DNA of 64,000 nucleotides from Eledone cirrhosa (lineage: Eukaryota). The notes under the pieces were generated by a model, which had not been told where the DNA came from, ran no database searches, and saw only the letters and a program-made list of their open reading frames with translations. Shown here piece after piece: positions 1 through 12,845 of the stretch; position 1 is the stretch's first letter; every line of letters begins with the position of its first letter. The position numbers and the translations under genes were made by a program. The stretch spans positions 46,376,001 through 46,440,000 of the forward strand of contig OZ024745.1 in assembly GCA_964016885.1 (NCBI GenBank), given 5' to 3'.

Positions 1-706
1 GCCTCGCAATCTTGAACACCTCCTGTTTCTGGTCCTCACGTTGCAAAACATGCTTGAATTTTCTATCCTCTGCTTCCCTCTTAGCTAAGTATACTTGTCG
101 CCTAGCTTCCCTCCTGGTCTCTATGTAATGTACTCTGCTTCCCCCGTTCTTCCATCCTTTCCATGCCTGTCTCTTGGCCTTAACTGACTCATCTACCTTA
201 TTGTTCCACCACCAAGTCACTCTCCTCCTGCCTGTGGTCTTACTCCAGCCACAGATCTCATCCGTCGCCTTTAGTAATCTATTTTTTAGGAACTCCCAGT
301 GCTCTTCTACATTGAATGTCTCTATCTGTTCTTCTTTACTGTCATAGGCGTTGAGTTAAATATCTTTAAATCTGGTACTGGCTGAGGGGTCTTTCAACTT
401 CCAGATCTTTCTTCTCCAGGTTGGCTTCTGTTTCCAGGTTCATCTAGTTCTGACCGTGAGGTCGCTGACAACTAAGCTATGTTGGGAGGTACATTCCTCA
501 CTAGGGAAGGTTTTTGTGTTTACGACCGCCCATCTATCACGTCCTCTGATGAGGATAAAATCTATCTGACTAGAATGCTCCCTTGATCTATAGGTGATCA
601 AGTGGTTGTCGGGTTTTTTGAAGTTTGTGTTATATATCGATATGTCATTGGCGTCGCAGAATTTTAGAAGCCTGAATCCTTCTTCATTTCTTGTGCCAAC
701 CCCCCC
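1..706 (-). mobile_element. RTE-clade LINE fragment (APE endonuclease C-terminus and linker)
   Basis: Minus frame reads ..GFRLLKFCDANDISIYNTNFKKPDNHLITYRS..SQIDFILIR..PSEECTSQHSLVVSDL, then a TWWWN-like linker. Confidence 0.8.
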
Positions 707-901
707 ATGGGATCAATTTAATCGACTTTCCTCTCCCCCAAAATTGCTGGCCTTATGCCTATAGTAGAAATTATCATCATCATCGTTTAACATCCACGCT
801 AGCATGGGTTAGGCGGGTTTGTCCCACTTGAGGCATGATTGGTCGGTTCACCGTGTCTCACTCATATAGAACTGTTTCATTATTATTTTTATTATTTTTA
901 A

Positions 902-1110
902 GGGTGATGAATTGGCAGTATCGGTAGAGGGTCGGACACCATGCTTTGCAGCACAGTTACGTCCCTTTACGGACTGAGTTCAAATCCCGCCGAGGTTAAC
1001 TTTGCCTTTCATCCTTACGGGGTCGATAAAATAAAGTACCAGCAATGCACTGGGTATTTGCTGGCCTTGTGCCATAAGTAGAAATAATTATTATTTTTAT
1101 TATTATTATT
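902..1110 (+). mobile_element. tRNA-derived SINE family A (further copies at about 1112-1203, 3340-3460, 6625-6850, 6855-7050, 19608-19795, 22171-22368, 30830-31023, 35169-35316)
   Basis: A-box TGGCAGTATCGG, B-box GAGTTCAAATCC, conserved core TTGCCTTTCATCCTTACGGGGTCGATAAAATAAAGTACCAG, (ATT)n tail. Confidence 0.85.
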
Positions 1111-2118
1111 AAGGGCAATAGATTGGCAGTATCAGTACGGCATCAGACAACATGCTTTGTAGCATATAGTTATGGCCCTTTACATTCTGAGTTCAAATCC
1201 CTCAAAATTATTTTCAAAGGACTTTGTTTCAGTCACCAACTTTACAACCTCAGGTTGGTTCTTCCCTGAGGGACGCATCCCTTGCTGACCCACTTGACAG
1301 ATGATGCAGTATAATTTGTTTCTAGTCTGCATTTTATATGACGAATCCATTTTAACCTTACTGGCAAGGAGTGATTTTCCTCTAGACAGATTCACTTCAA
1401 CAAGCTTTTGGGTCAGGTCAGGTGTGTAGCCATACTCACTACGCTTGGCCAGTTGCATTTTGGTGAGGCTATTTAACCCATAGTTGAGGTGGATGGCCAT
1501 TGACTCTGAGGAATTCATCTCTCATTTTAACAGTTGATTTTTTGTGCTGTTGGGGTTCCACTTACCCTCCTCCCCCGACCAGAGTCTGGTGGGGGAGCCG
1601 GTTTAGTGTCCGACCACTCGACCATGAAGCCTGTTGTACTGGGTTACATGGTACCAGTAGCAGGCAGAAGCCTGACCTGACTATAATTTCACATATAAAG
1701 CTATGGTAAAAGATATTTGCTTAAGATGTCCAACAGTGGGATCGAACCTGGAACCTAATGATTGCAAAATGAATTTCTTAATCATTCGGCCATGCTGCAT
1801 CCACAAAGATATCAGTAACAGTTGGGGGAATGAAGTATTTTTTGGTCTTGAAGAGAAGAGCCAGTCATTGGCATATGGTCCCTGCTATATACATTGACCA
1901 GGGAAGATGCTCGGTGATTGTGAGACCTAACATCAAAAGAGATCGCGCGATATCAAGCTGTGTATTACTCATGCTTAAAATATGATAGTATTTTTGTTTT
2001 GTTTTTATGGGCTCCAAATAAATAAGTCTACTAAATTAATCTATTATAGCCAACCTTAGTCAATAGTGGATGATTTTCATTGGGTGACTGATTTTTTGTC
2101 CAAAGTTATCTCCCTTAC

Positions 2119-2486
2119 CTCTGCTGTTGACACCGTTTAACCATATTTATGTATCGTAAAATAAATATTTTCTTGTTTCAAGTAAGCAGAGATTTAATAT
2201 ATTTATAAACTATTATTCTACATAAATGTCCGTAATAAACAATAATATTATAATTACATCCTAATTAGCTTTCATGTATTGAAAATTACTATTATACATC
2301 AATTTGGCATCGATATACACCATACAATAAACTTTATTCCAGAAAGAAATAAAAATATTTTGCAAGAACTATAATATTTTGCTATAGTAAGTACTAAATT
2401 TTCCAATCTTTCATTTGTTAGAAAGACGTTAGAACTTGTCAGATGATTATATGAAGATTTAAAGAATAATTTCCGAATCATTTAAG
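2119..2486. promoter_or_regulatory. Candidate bidirectional promoter / first exons (POLR3D 5'-UTR exon ending at 2486 on +; divergent exon ending at 2119 on -)
   Basis: Unique non-repetitive island with a + donor AAG|GTATGA (2484-2492), a - donor GAG|GTAAGG and a DRE-like CATCGATA at 2308-2315. Confidence 0.35.
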
Positions 2487-4169
2487 GTATGATTTGTTGT
2501 TGTTTAACTTATAACCAGCCATTCAGTTCTACTTTGTCAACAGATATAATATAAATATATGAAACACTTTTTAATCTCATTTTCTTCTATCCCGTTTCTT
2601 AGTTCATAATCACAACTGCACATACGACAAAAGATTATTGGTTTCGAAACCGCATTCTAATCATTTGTTATACACTCTCCTATTTAAGCAGCCCGAGAGC
2701 TTTCTGTGCGATAAATACTAGTACAGTGTGCCATGTGTTTTATTGGGTAAAAACCATAGCTTCGGTCACGAATGACCATGGGTTTTGTATGTAGAAGGTT
2801 CCACTACAAGGCACTAGACGGGGCAAGGTGGTTTTTTTTTTGGGGGGGGGGGATACTAACAGTCGCCCATGCATATCAGTCTCCCGTCCCCACGCCACCG
2901 ATGTCCAGCTGAATAAACTGGAGCAATGTAAAATGAAGTGTCTTGCTCAAGAACACAATTGAGCCTGGGAATCAAACGATTTTGAAACTAATCGCTAACC
3001 AGTAAGCCACGCGCCTTCGCATGTTTTTTTTTATATACGGTAATATATGCATAAGTATATACAGAGGTCGGTAAAAAAATGTATTACTGAGGTTGACTAT
3101 ATCATCATCATCATCATATATATATACACACACACATACACACAACATACAGAGAGAGAGAGAAACTGATAAAATAAGCACCATACAAACCTTTGAAAAC
3201 GGTGCCCCAGCAGGACAGCAGTGATCAGGCCACAAACTGCTACAAATATTTTGGTACCAAGAAAATTTTTGTTTGTTTTTTATGGCTAAAATGTCGTCTC
3301 TTCCATGGTGTAATGTATATTTTCATATATGTATATTCATTCTGGCAGTGAATTTGTAGAGTTATAGAATGGTGGTCATTCCTTCTCTCTGCCAAGGTCA
3401 ACTTTGCCTTTCATCCATTCACAATTAATGAAAAAGTACCAGTCATGTACTAGAGTCGATTCTTCCTCTATATCTCTTTCTCACTTTCTATCATTCACTC
3501 TCCTCCTCTGGAGGAAATCAGCTGTGTTCAGATCATGAGAGGAGATGGACTCTGCCAGGTTTTAAGAGAGGCCAGGAAACACTGTGTCACTACGGAACCC
3601 CTATGACTCCATCAGGAGTTACAGGTCTAAGAAAGAAGATATTCATTCCATTCATGAAAAAGCATGTAGAAGGGGTGAAAAGACAACAACTTTGTATAAA
3701 CTCTATACACAATTACAGTTGTCTCGGCTGATGGCAATCATTCATGCGTGCTTATGCACATGAACACGCCTCCAATTAGGCATTCGTTATATCTCTAGCT
3801 CTCCTACTCTTTAACTGCTACTTGGCTCAGTATATACACTCCTTCTTCAACTCTTATGTTAATTCTCTTTCTAGGATTATATATTAGAGACATTTCTTTT
3901 CATTTCCTCATCCATCAGTTTTAGCTGTCTTTTTTGGTCTTCCTCTTCCTCAACACATGACCCAACCATCTCATTCTATTTCTCTCCACAACATTCATCA
4001 TTGATTCTATTCCCATCATTTACAATTCATTGTTTATTTTTCTTATTTGAATATAAGAAATAAATGCCACAAAAAGGAATAAAATTCTATTTCTCTTATT
4101 AATGATAGCAATTTATTTTTTCTTCACCAGATTTCTTTATCATCAGAAACTGTTTGATTCCCCACCAAA

Positions 4170-4249
4170 ATGTCAGTGCCATCAAAATCCACTGACCTCC
4201 CTAGAGGTTTAATAGATCGTAAAGGGACGCCTGCTGGTCGCAACACAAG
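4170..4249 (+). CDS. POLR3D: POLR3D coding exon 1 (MSVPSKSTDLPRGLIDRKGTPAGRNT..)
   Basis: Acceptor ttcaccag at 4123-4130, ATG at 4170 in aaaATG context, donor AG|gtaaga; phase 2 matches the next exon. Confidence 0.85.
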
Positions 4250-7200
4250 GTAAGACAAACAGTTAAAGAAGTGTAATAAATTAAACAATTAAAGAGTGTT
4301 AGGAGAGCCGGTACAATGTAGATGGAAATATAGAGATGAAACTGGGGTAAAAAGGATGACAAAACTAAACAATATAATGTTTTTACCCTATATATATATT
4401 ATTTTGTTTTGTCATCACTGGTACAGAACAGTGAATTAAATAAAGATAGATACTTGTACCATTTAGAACACTCACTTATGAAATGAAAATAAAATTTACA
4501 GCTCATAACATATGTAGGCTTAGCTGGCCTCCTACAAGGTTGTATGTTATAAGAAGTTTCTTGGGCACTTTAATGATAGGGCCCTCCCCTCAATCCTATC
4601 AGGAAAAGCAAGATGAGATGAAATCTTTTAACTTCTGCATCAGCCATCCCTTGGGCCATGCATAAAGGTGATATTGCATAATATTGAGCCCAGGTTGTAT
4701 AACGACTTGAATAAGCTGCCAGAAAGGTGTATATGAGACAACACAATAACATAGAGGCAGGGAAAAACAACTAGGTCAACAAAGCGGGTACATAAACAAA
4801 TAAGCATAAAAAGTCTTACAACTGGAAACGGGATAGGATACGATACAGGAAAGTTATGCAAATCCCTCAAATTACCATTTGCACAACTTTCCTGCACTGT
4901 ATGCTGTCCTGTTTATCATGTCCACAGCAACCACTTACAGAGTGGTCTCCATGCATTTTATCATGACAACAGCACTGTCACTTTACAGAGTGTTCTGGTT
5001 GCATTTAGAAATTATTCAGTATGTTCAGTGTAAAACCAGAAAGATATGGCTGGAGGACTGATCAGATCTAGGAAATTTGGCAACAAATTGACATTCCATA
5101 AATAAATAATTCTCATATGGTATGTAAATTCAAACAGTTTTTCTCAGCAAACACCTTTATCGTTGTCTCACATTCTTTTAATGTATTGTGAAGTGTTATC
5201 CAAATGCACATCTAACATTGTTATTCTTTGAAATCGAGTATTGCTATTCTTTCACTATTCATTTACACCAACAGATTGCCTTCAATTCGTGGTCCCAGAG
5301 ATTTGACTCTTGGCGGCATCCCCAAGAAAGTTTTTATGCCAAATATTCCTTCTCGAAGAACAAAGGAAGAGTAAGGAGATATTTTCTTTTCAGTTTCACT
5401 GCTTTTGTTTTTTTTATTTTTCAGTTGATTATTTTATAAATACTGGAGGGGTAAAAATATGTTCTGCAAGTGACAATATATGGTTTTCATATCCTAAAGA
5501 AAGAAGTCAAAGTAGCCATAAAAATACTAAAAAAGGGCAAACCCCCATAAATAGATGACATCCTAGGAGAGATATCCATGATGGAGGTGATGCCGTTGCT
5601 AATCATTAGTCTTCCCAAGAAAGGCAATCTTTGACAGTGCTCAATCTATCATACATGCCTCGTCAATCATGCCAGTGATTCTGAATCAATTGAACCAACA
5701 AGCAGAAGAAATTATTGTGGAGGAAGAAACTAGATTCCACAAGGGAAGAAACACCTTAGAACAGATATACAATCTCCAGATTCTGTAGGAGAAATATTGT
5801 GAATACCAACAAGTGATATACTATACCTTCATAAATTTCAAAACAGTATCCAACAGTGTGTGGCACAAGGCAGTATGAGTTATGGTGAAGGAATAGAACA
5901 TGGGTAAAAAGCTGACTGGAATCATCAGCCAGCTCTACAAAAAGGCAACTAGCACAGTTCTTGTTCAGAGCAAAATAAGAAAGTGGTCCTATACAGCAGT
6001 TAGAATTCAGCAGGAAAGTCTCCTGTCATCAACACTCTTCAATATATTTCTGGAATACATAATGACTGGGGCCTTTGAAGGTCACATTAACACCATCAAT
6101 TTTTGAGGATGCAACATCAGCAACCTCAGGTTCACCAATTACATCGAAGAGTTGGCAGATTAGAAAAAAGGGGTGTGTTTTAGAATTACTACTAACTAGA
6201 TGGGTTATCAAGCAAACTCAGAGAGGCTTCATCTGCCCTCATCAAGGAAAAGTTATACCACACTGGTATTTCCAAAACTTCACGGAAATTTTTATTATTT
6301 TTACTAAGCAGAGGAAAGAAACTAGGAGAGTGCACTTTTAATGCCAATGAAGTAACAGAGTAATCCAGGGCTTTGTGTAGGGTTTCTCCCTGTGATTACC
6401 CTAAAGTGCAGTCCCCCACTTTTGGGGAACTTGTTCTTGTTAACATTTGTTATTATTTCCTTTTGTTTGTTTTTCTATTGTTTTGTATATTTATTGCGAT
6501 TTCTATTATTGATATTCCTACTGTTTTTACTTCAGTGATGTCCCCTTCTCTTTACCTGATGTATTGTCCCCAATATCCTGGGCCCTTGTGGCCAATAAAA
6601 GAAATCATTGTTATTATTATTATTAGGGTGGTGGATTGGCAATATTAGTAGAACATCAGACAATATGCTTTGCAGCATAGAGTTATGGCCTTTTACGCTC
6701 TGAGTTCAAATCCCACTGAAGTTAGCTTTGCCTTTCATCCTTATGGGGTCGATAAAATAAAGCATCAGTAATGCACTGGACTCAATTTAATCGACTTTCC
6801 CTTCCCCTCAAATTGCTGGCCTTGTGCCTATATAAGAAACCATTATTATTAAAAGGATGGTGGATTGGCAGAATCATTAGAGCATTGGAGTAATTTTTCT
6901 TACACACTTTGCATTCTGAATTCAAATCTTGCTGGGACTAACTTTGCTTTTCATTCTTCCAGGGTTGATAAAATTCATACAAGTCCATCAATTTAACTTA
7001 CCTCTCCCCAACTCGAATTGCAGGACTTGCACCTAAATTAGAAACCATTATCAATATTAATGACAAATATTTTTAAGTAGATGTCAGGAACACTGATGCA
7101 ATTGGTAATTCACTGCAAATCAATTTTGTTTTTCAGTCATTACTGGTTTTATGTATATTGTTAATGCACTCAAGAAAGGCATGAATATCACATAGTTCTC

Positions 7201-10200
7201 TATTCTCTCCACTAAGTATTTCATGTTTTAATACTTTTGTAAGAGAAATACCATTATTTAATTAAATATTTAACAGTTGCTAAAAAAAATTGTTCATTCT
7301 ATAGTGGTTCCACCAGTGCAAATGTGAAAGCTGAAGGAAAACAGCCAAGTCCGAAAGCAGACCGTCATTCACGGCATGAACGAGATCGTGGCAGAGGTCG
7401 AAATAGAGGGAGAGACAATGTTGTACAGTCACATTCCATCTTTGAACAAGGTCCTTCTGGGGAATTTCTTTCACGGAATAGTAAGTTGTTTTTTTCTTTT
7501 GTTGTTGTTATTATTGTTTTATTTTTTATAACCCATATTGAATCTGTGATTTTATATTGCAAGAGTTCAGTAACAAATATTTATTTGTCTATATAGATTA
7601 GAGGTTCCCAAACTTCTTTGTGTCATTGCCCCCTTTCATATGGGAAAATTTTCCTCTGCCCACCTGTTTGCTAAAAATTTGTAACTCGTTTGTAAACTGA
7701 CTTTTTATGTAATAAAAAACACCAAAGGGAGGTAACAAATAACGCTGACTTATGCTGCTGCTACTGCTAGTGTTGTATTGTTAAATTTAATTGTAATGGA
7801 TAAGTGCAGTTTAGAGGGATTTATCCATTGTTTCTTTCTGTAGGAGCTCCATCTTATTCCTCCGGTGAAGGTGGAGGTGGTGGTGGAGGTGGAGGAGGAG
7901 GTTCCAAGGTTTACAGGTCATCTATCAATAAGAAAGAAAACAAAGAAGAAACAAAGAAATTACTTGACAAACTCCTAAAAGATGATGTAAGTCAGATTTA
8001 TAATTGATATATTTTGGATTTTGTTTTTACTATTTAGTAAGGGAGAGAAGTGCAGTGTCCATAACTCCATTCAGGGCCTTTATGACCAGTGGAAGAGAAA
8101 TAGGCAGGTATTCTCAAGCTAGAGATCTGCTCTGAAGGCTGCCTAAGGGCTAAGTAGTGGTATTAAACTAGGTAACAGATTAACTCTTATCGTTTTGTAC
8201 TACATGAACCCACCTTAGCAGGACATTACTGAAAAATACAAAACACCACTATGACTGCATAATATTAAAAATTAAAGTCTTCACTTAAAATACTGCAAAT
8301 TTTTACAATGATCTGCCCATTAGGTTTTAGATATTTTCTGTTAAATCATTACAGAATGTTAAGAGTTAAGTCTACCTCCAAATAGACTATGGCAGGATTA
8401 GAACTCAGAATACAAAGAGCTAGAACAAATCCCATTAGGCATCTTATCTGACACTAACAATCTGCTTTACAACTGCCTCAGGTCACCTGTCTTTTAGGGA
8501 TAGATGTCAGATGTGGGAGTGTTACCTATAATATAACAGCATCCTATTTGTTGAAAAAGGTTTAATTGTTCCTTAAAAGCCTCTTTGTGTGGGGTGGGTC
8601 TCAGAAGGTATATTTTCAATTATGTACCTATATACATAGTTATCTAACTAGTCTTAATCATCCCTGATCAAACTCATGATGAAATATATTCCAGCTATTA
8701 TCATTTCAGACAATGCATCTAGGATTGTGTTATTCAATGTTGTTAGGGTTTTTTTTTTATATTTAAGGTTGTCGTGTGAAATTTGGCTGCTATTTCTAGC
8801 AAGTCGAGCAACAGTGTAAATGTTCACCCATTATCTTGAGTCATTTCATGTGTTCTATTTATCTTTCAGTTTATAGAACCAAATCTGCTAGATGATGAAA
8901 GTATGCAGCCAGTGCGGCTCCCATTCGTCTGCAAAATTGAACGAAAAGATGAGAAGGAAAATATTGATTTGAAACCATCTAAAGGTAAGTATTTCAACTT
9001 TAACCTTTTTGTTACTAACCCAGCCAAAACTGCCTCCGGTTCTATCAAACAAAACCACCCATTTTAAAAGGCTCCTATTTGAATTCAAATCTTTCAACAC
9101 AATTTAAATAAGGTTTGTTAGAAATACCATCTGAATGAAATGATTTTAGTAAATCCCTGCAACTTCATTAATTCAAATACAGTGTATTTGATTAGAAATA
9201 TCATAGTGAAAGTGTTAAAAGCTTTAACTAATAAACCCACTCTTGTGTTTCTCAATCAGTTGTCAACAACATGGTACTGTGCCCATATAGCTGTAAATAA
9301 CTATTATGAGCAATGCAGCTTCTCCAAGGAGTTTAAGACTGGCTGTCCACAAGAACATCTATATGTTGACAACCTGGTTCTTATAGCTGAATCTGTGGAA
9401 AAGCTCAAGAAGAAATTCTAGCTTTAGAAACAGAACTTATATTCAAAAGAGCTGAAAGTAAACTTGGGTTTTAATAAATAGGAAAGACGACAGACACCCC
9501 CTGATCCCATCAGGGAAGTGGCCTTGCATGATATGTAGAAAAGAAGTAAGCAGAAACTATGTGATGTACACAATGTAAATCTCGGGTACACACCAGATGT
9601 AAAATGATGATGATACATATATGGTTGGCATTAGGAAGGGCACCGAGCTGTAGAAACTATGCCAAAGAAAGGGTTGAGAGGGCTCTACAGTTGTGTCAAG
9701 GACATAACTTCCCTAGCTCTGGTGCCACAATAAAATGTACCCAGTACACTCTGTAATGTGCTGGAACATAGTGATTGATACTTGATGATGATATATATAT
9801 TCTGTTACTTTTGTTTTTTTATATTCTTTCAGTTGAACCAAGTGAAGAGAATACATTAACAGATGCAAAAACAACAACAACAGAGCAGCCATTTCCAAAA
9901 CATAGCTCCAGTAAACAAAACACATGTGAACAACTGTTCAGTAAATGTATGAAATCAGGTAAGACCTTATCACAGTGGACGTGATACAGTAGATAATATA
10001 CTTTCCATATTCAATTTTACATTTTGAGAACTAAATTTTTGCTTTTCACCAAGAATTACATCTCAATCCTTGACTTTGATATCAAAATAATCATGTATGC
10101 AGAATCATTGCTTTCTTTCAATAATGCTCTGTCTGTAACAAATAATAGTGGAGGCACGTGGCCTAATGGTAAGGGAGTTGGACTTACGATTATAATGTCA

Positions 10201-12527
10201 TGGGTTCGATTCCTGGACTGGGAACACTTCATTTCATGTTGCTCCAATATACTCAGCTCAAAATGAGTTCCAGCAATGACTGGAGGTTTAACCCTACAAT
10301 GGACTGTTGTTCTGTGCAGGGAAGAGTTTTGTACTCTCAATCACTTCACGCCACAGAAACAAGGATAAGCACCAACCTGATGAGCCTCTAGGCTTCAGAC
10401 AGACTGTAGATTTAGACTTTAACAAATAATGATGTTTATTCTTTTAATGAGGTAATAAATAACCTATAAACTGTGGAAATTTGATAATTTTGGGGGTTTT
10501 TAAATTTAACATTTATTACTTAGTAAGTTCAATAAAGTATAGTGTGGTAAGTCGAGAGGATGAGATCATTATTATTCATAATATGAATATCTAGCAGTTG
10601 GATAGTTTCAGAAAAATCTCTATATAATCATCTGTTAATTTTTTACTTTTAGACCATGGAGAACTGTTGTTTCTTCAATTGCCTGATGCCTTACCAGGAG
10701 TTCCACCAAACCAAAATGAAAATCCGCAAATAAAAATAGAACCTGGCTTACAACCATCTAACCAAAACAGAAACAACTCACAAAATACATCTGAAGAAGA
10801 AGTATGTTGTTTGTCTTAGTAATATTGCTTTTTTTTTAATTAGTTAATCATGAAAAGGACGGACGGAACCATTGATTTCTGTAGATTCCTCCCAAGCTGG
10901 TGAGATCACTGCAGGGGATGTTTAGTTTGAACATTCTTAAATTGATATATGATGGAGAAGGAATTCCAAAGAATTGCAGCTCTAAAATTGTTATATGTTG
11001 AGAATATAAATAGAGAGAAATGTTTATACTTAGAAATGAATAGATACCCAGTGGCCAGTTTCTACTATGTTTTTAGTAAAGTACTTTAAATATGGAACTT
11101 AACTCGTAGACACCATGGTGGGAACTGCTGCACTATTGGATTTGTTCTCTCATCATCTTTGGTTCTAAATACAGCTTCTTCTGCTTCTATTTTCATGGAA
11201 CAATATTCGTTTTTGTTTTTTTTTATCTTTTAGTCTCTGTATATTTTTTTTTAATTGCCATTTAACATGACAATATCACCTTTGCTTCTTTGTGTATATA
11301 TATCTGTGGTTTTGATACCTCAGTTTACATTCTTCCTTGTTCTGTTTCACCTTATCCTAATATTAAAGGGCTTTTTTCCCCAGGTTGCTCCTCCAAAAAA
11401 CCCAAATGTTACCTCATTAAAAGATTTTTCTGAAGGCTATGTTGGTAAACTTCAAACTCGAAAGTCTGGCAAGGTTCAACTTCTATTGGGTAATGTAACC
11501 TTGGACATATCAATGGGAACTCCTTGTGGTTTTCTTCAGGTAAGGAGATTATTGTTTACCTTCACAGTATTTACAGTAAATTAGGACTATTGATTCTTCT
11601 GTCATAATCATTTCTTCATATTCTGACAGGAAAAACATTATTTATTTCTCTTCTCTTTTAGTACATACACTGTGTGTATTTTATCATGTTGAGACCTTGA
11701 CACAACTGAAGAGTACTCTATTTATTTTGTACTAAAAGTTAAATCAATTTTATCTTGGCACCATCACTAGAAAGGTTGTCATGTCTTTGACACAGCTGAA
11801 AAGTCCTTCTGCCCTTTGGTAGGCAGATTTTCTATGGCTTGATGCCCTTCCTATCACTAACCACTTTACAGAGTGTACTGGATGTGTTTATTGTGTAGAT
11901 CACCAATACTAGAGAGGTTTTCACGTTGATACAACTGAAGAGACCTCAACCCTTATTTTGGCATGGTTTCTACAACAGGATGTCCTTCCTATTGCTAACC
12001 ACTTTATAAATATGCTGGGTGCATGTTTCGTGGCACCAATACTAGAGAAGTTGTTAGTCATTGACTCAACTGAAGAGCCCTCCCTAATCTACAGGGGAGA
12101 TGGAAAGTATGACATCATGGGTGTATACAAGCATAGTGGGATTTTACAGGGTAATGAGTAGAGGGCTACTACAATGATAGCAGCTACTAAGGGGCTGTTA
12201 CTGGTGTGTCAAGATTTTAGGGGGAGGTATAGTGATGGTAAGAATAGCTACTAAAGAGTGATAGTGGAGAAGGGCATGAATTGGGTGGCTGTGTATAGTG
12301 ATTGTGAGGGTAGTTACTAAGGAGTGCTAGTGGGGGAGTTATATGGCTGAGCTAAGTTAGGTCACATTTTATAATTATGATGATGATATATCACCTTTTA
12401 TTTCTAATTGCAGGACCTTGTATCAGTGAAAGTCAATGGTGACAAAGGTGACCTCACAGTCCTTGGTCATGTCAAACATAGGTTAATATGTACACCAAAC
12501 TTTGACGGTTTAGTCAAGAGCAGTTAA
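4170..12527 (+). CDS. POLR3D: DNA-directed RNA polymerase III subunit RPC4 (spliced; coding exons 4170-4249, 5275-5370, 7305-7480, 7844-7986, 8870-8984, 9833-9958, 10653-10801, 11384-11539, 12414-12527; 1155 nt, 384 aa)
   Basis: All introns are GT-AG and the phases join into one open frame ending in TAA at 12525-12527. Recognisable RPC4 motifs: RLPSIRGPRDLTLGG..KKVFMPNI, VQSHSIFEQGP, DDFIE..MQPVRLP, ELLFLQLPDALPG, EGYVGKLQTRKSGKVQLLLGNVTLDISMGTPCGFLQDLVSV, LGHVKHRLICTPNF. Confidence 0.95.
5275..5370 (+). CDS. POLR3D: POLR3D coding exon 2
   Basis: acag| ... |gtaagg; encodes RLPSIRGPRDLTLGGIPKKVFMPNIPSRRTKE. Confidence 0.93.
5480..6140 (+). mobile_element. Degenerate RTE/BovB-like reverse transcriptase fragment (POLR3D intron 2)
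   Basis: LPKKGNL, QAEEIIVEEE..F.KGRNTLEQIYNL, QESLLSSTLFNIFLEYIM, with stops and frameshifts. Confidence 0.7.
7305..7480 (+). CDS. POLR3D: POLR3D coding exon 3
   Basis: atag| ... |gtaagt; encodes RGRGRNRGRDNVVQSHSIFEQGP. Confidence 0.93.
7844..7986 (+). CDS. POLR3D: POLR3D coding exon 4 (poly-Gly)
   Basis: gtag| ... |gtaagt; encodes APSYSSGE(G)nSKVY..ETKKLLDKLLKDD. Confidence 0.9.
8870..8984 (+). CDS. POLR3D: POLR3D coding exon 5
   Basis: ttcag| ... |gtaagt; encodes FIEPNLLDDESMQPVRLPF. Confidence 0.9.
9310..9665 (+). mobile_element. Degenerate RTE LINE fragment
   Basis: EFKTGCPQEHLYVDNLVLIAES (corresponds to WELLYADDL). Confidence 0.65.
9833..9958 (+). CDS. POLR3D: POLR3D coding exon 6
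   Basis: ttcag| ... |gtaaga; phase 1-1, open frame. Confidence 0.85.
10149..10410 (+). mobile_element. tRNA-derived SINE family B (related copies at about 2748-3020 -, 20050-20260 +, 25090-25417 -, 36660-36992 -, 60600-61140 +)
   Basis: GGAGGCACGTGGCCTAATGGT..GGGTTCGATTCC; core ACACTTTATTTCA..TTGCTCCAGTTTACTCAGCTGTAGAAATGAG; some copies end in the RTE 3' tail. Confidence 0.75.
10653..10801 (+). CDS. POLR3D: POLR3D coding exon 7
   Basis: tttag| ... |gtatgt; encodes GELLFLQLPDALPG. Confidence 0.93.
11384..11539 (+). CDS. POLR3D: POLR3D coding exon 8 (RNA_pol_Rpc4 domain)
   Basis: cccag| ... |gtaagg; encodes EGYVGKLQTRKSGKVQLLLGNVTLDISMGTPCGFLQ. Confidence 0.95.
12414..12527 (+). CDS. POLR3D: POLR3D last coding exon
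   Basis: tgcag|; encodes DLVSVKVNGDKGDLTVLGHVKHRLICTPNFDGLVKSS*. Confidence 0.94.
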   Translation, partial: DLVSVKVNGDKGDLTVLGHVKHRLICTPNFDGLVKSS

Positions 12528-12624
12528 TTTACCTATCATAAAATTATGTGGATATACTAAGAAGGACTTTTCAAAACCTTATTTTCCAACTGAGGTCAAT
12601 GAAATTCTATGAAGTTATATTTAA

Positions 12625-12845
12625 CCCTTTAGTATTTACATTACTCTACATATGCGATTGTATTTTCGTGGTAAAGGCTTTATCTCACATAATTATCCCA
12701 CATAATATCAAATCTATGAGACTTTGATGTTATTTATTTTGCGAACAATACCTTAACATCAGTATGAGTTGCCAGTTACAGCCGGTTTGAACAGAAAGAG
12801 ATGAGAGAATTCTGGCCAGTTACAGCTGGCTTAAATGCTAAAGGG
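12625..12845. mobile_element. piggyBac-type MITE in the probable POLR3D 3' UTR
   Basis: TTAA target duplications (12621-12624, 12846-12849); TIR CCCTTTAGTATTTA / TAAATGCTAAAGGG (13/14 match). Confidence 0.75.

Noticed and set aside
546-560. CTGATGAGG resembling a hammerhead core
   Set aside because: It is the antisense of RTE endonuclease codons (ILIRG); there is no stem II or GAAA.
902-990. tRNA-like sequences with A and B boxes
   Set aside because: These are heads of multi-copy SINEs with no complete cloverleaf, so no tRNA genes are called.
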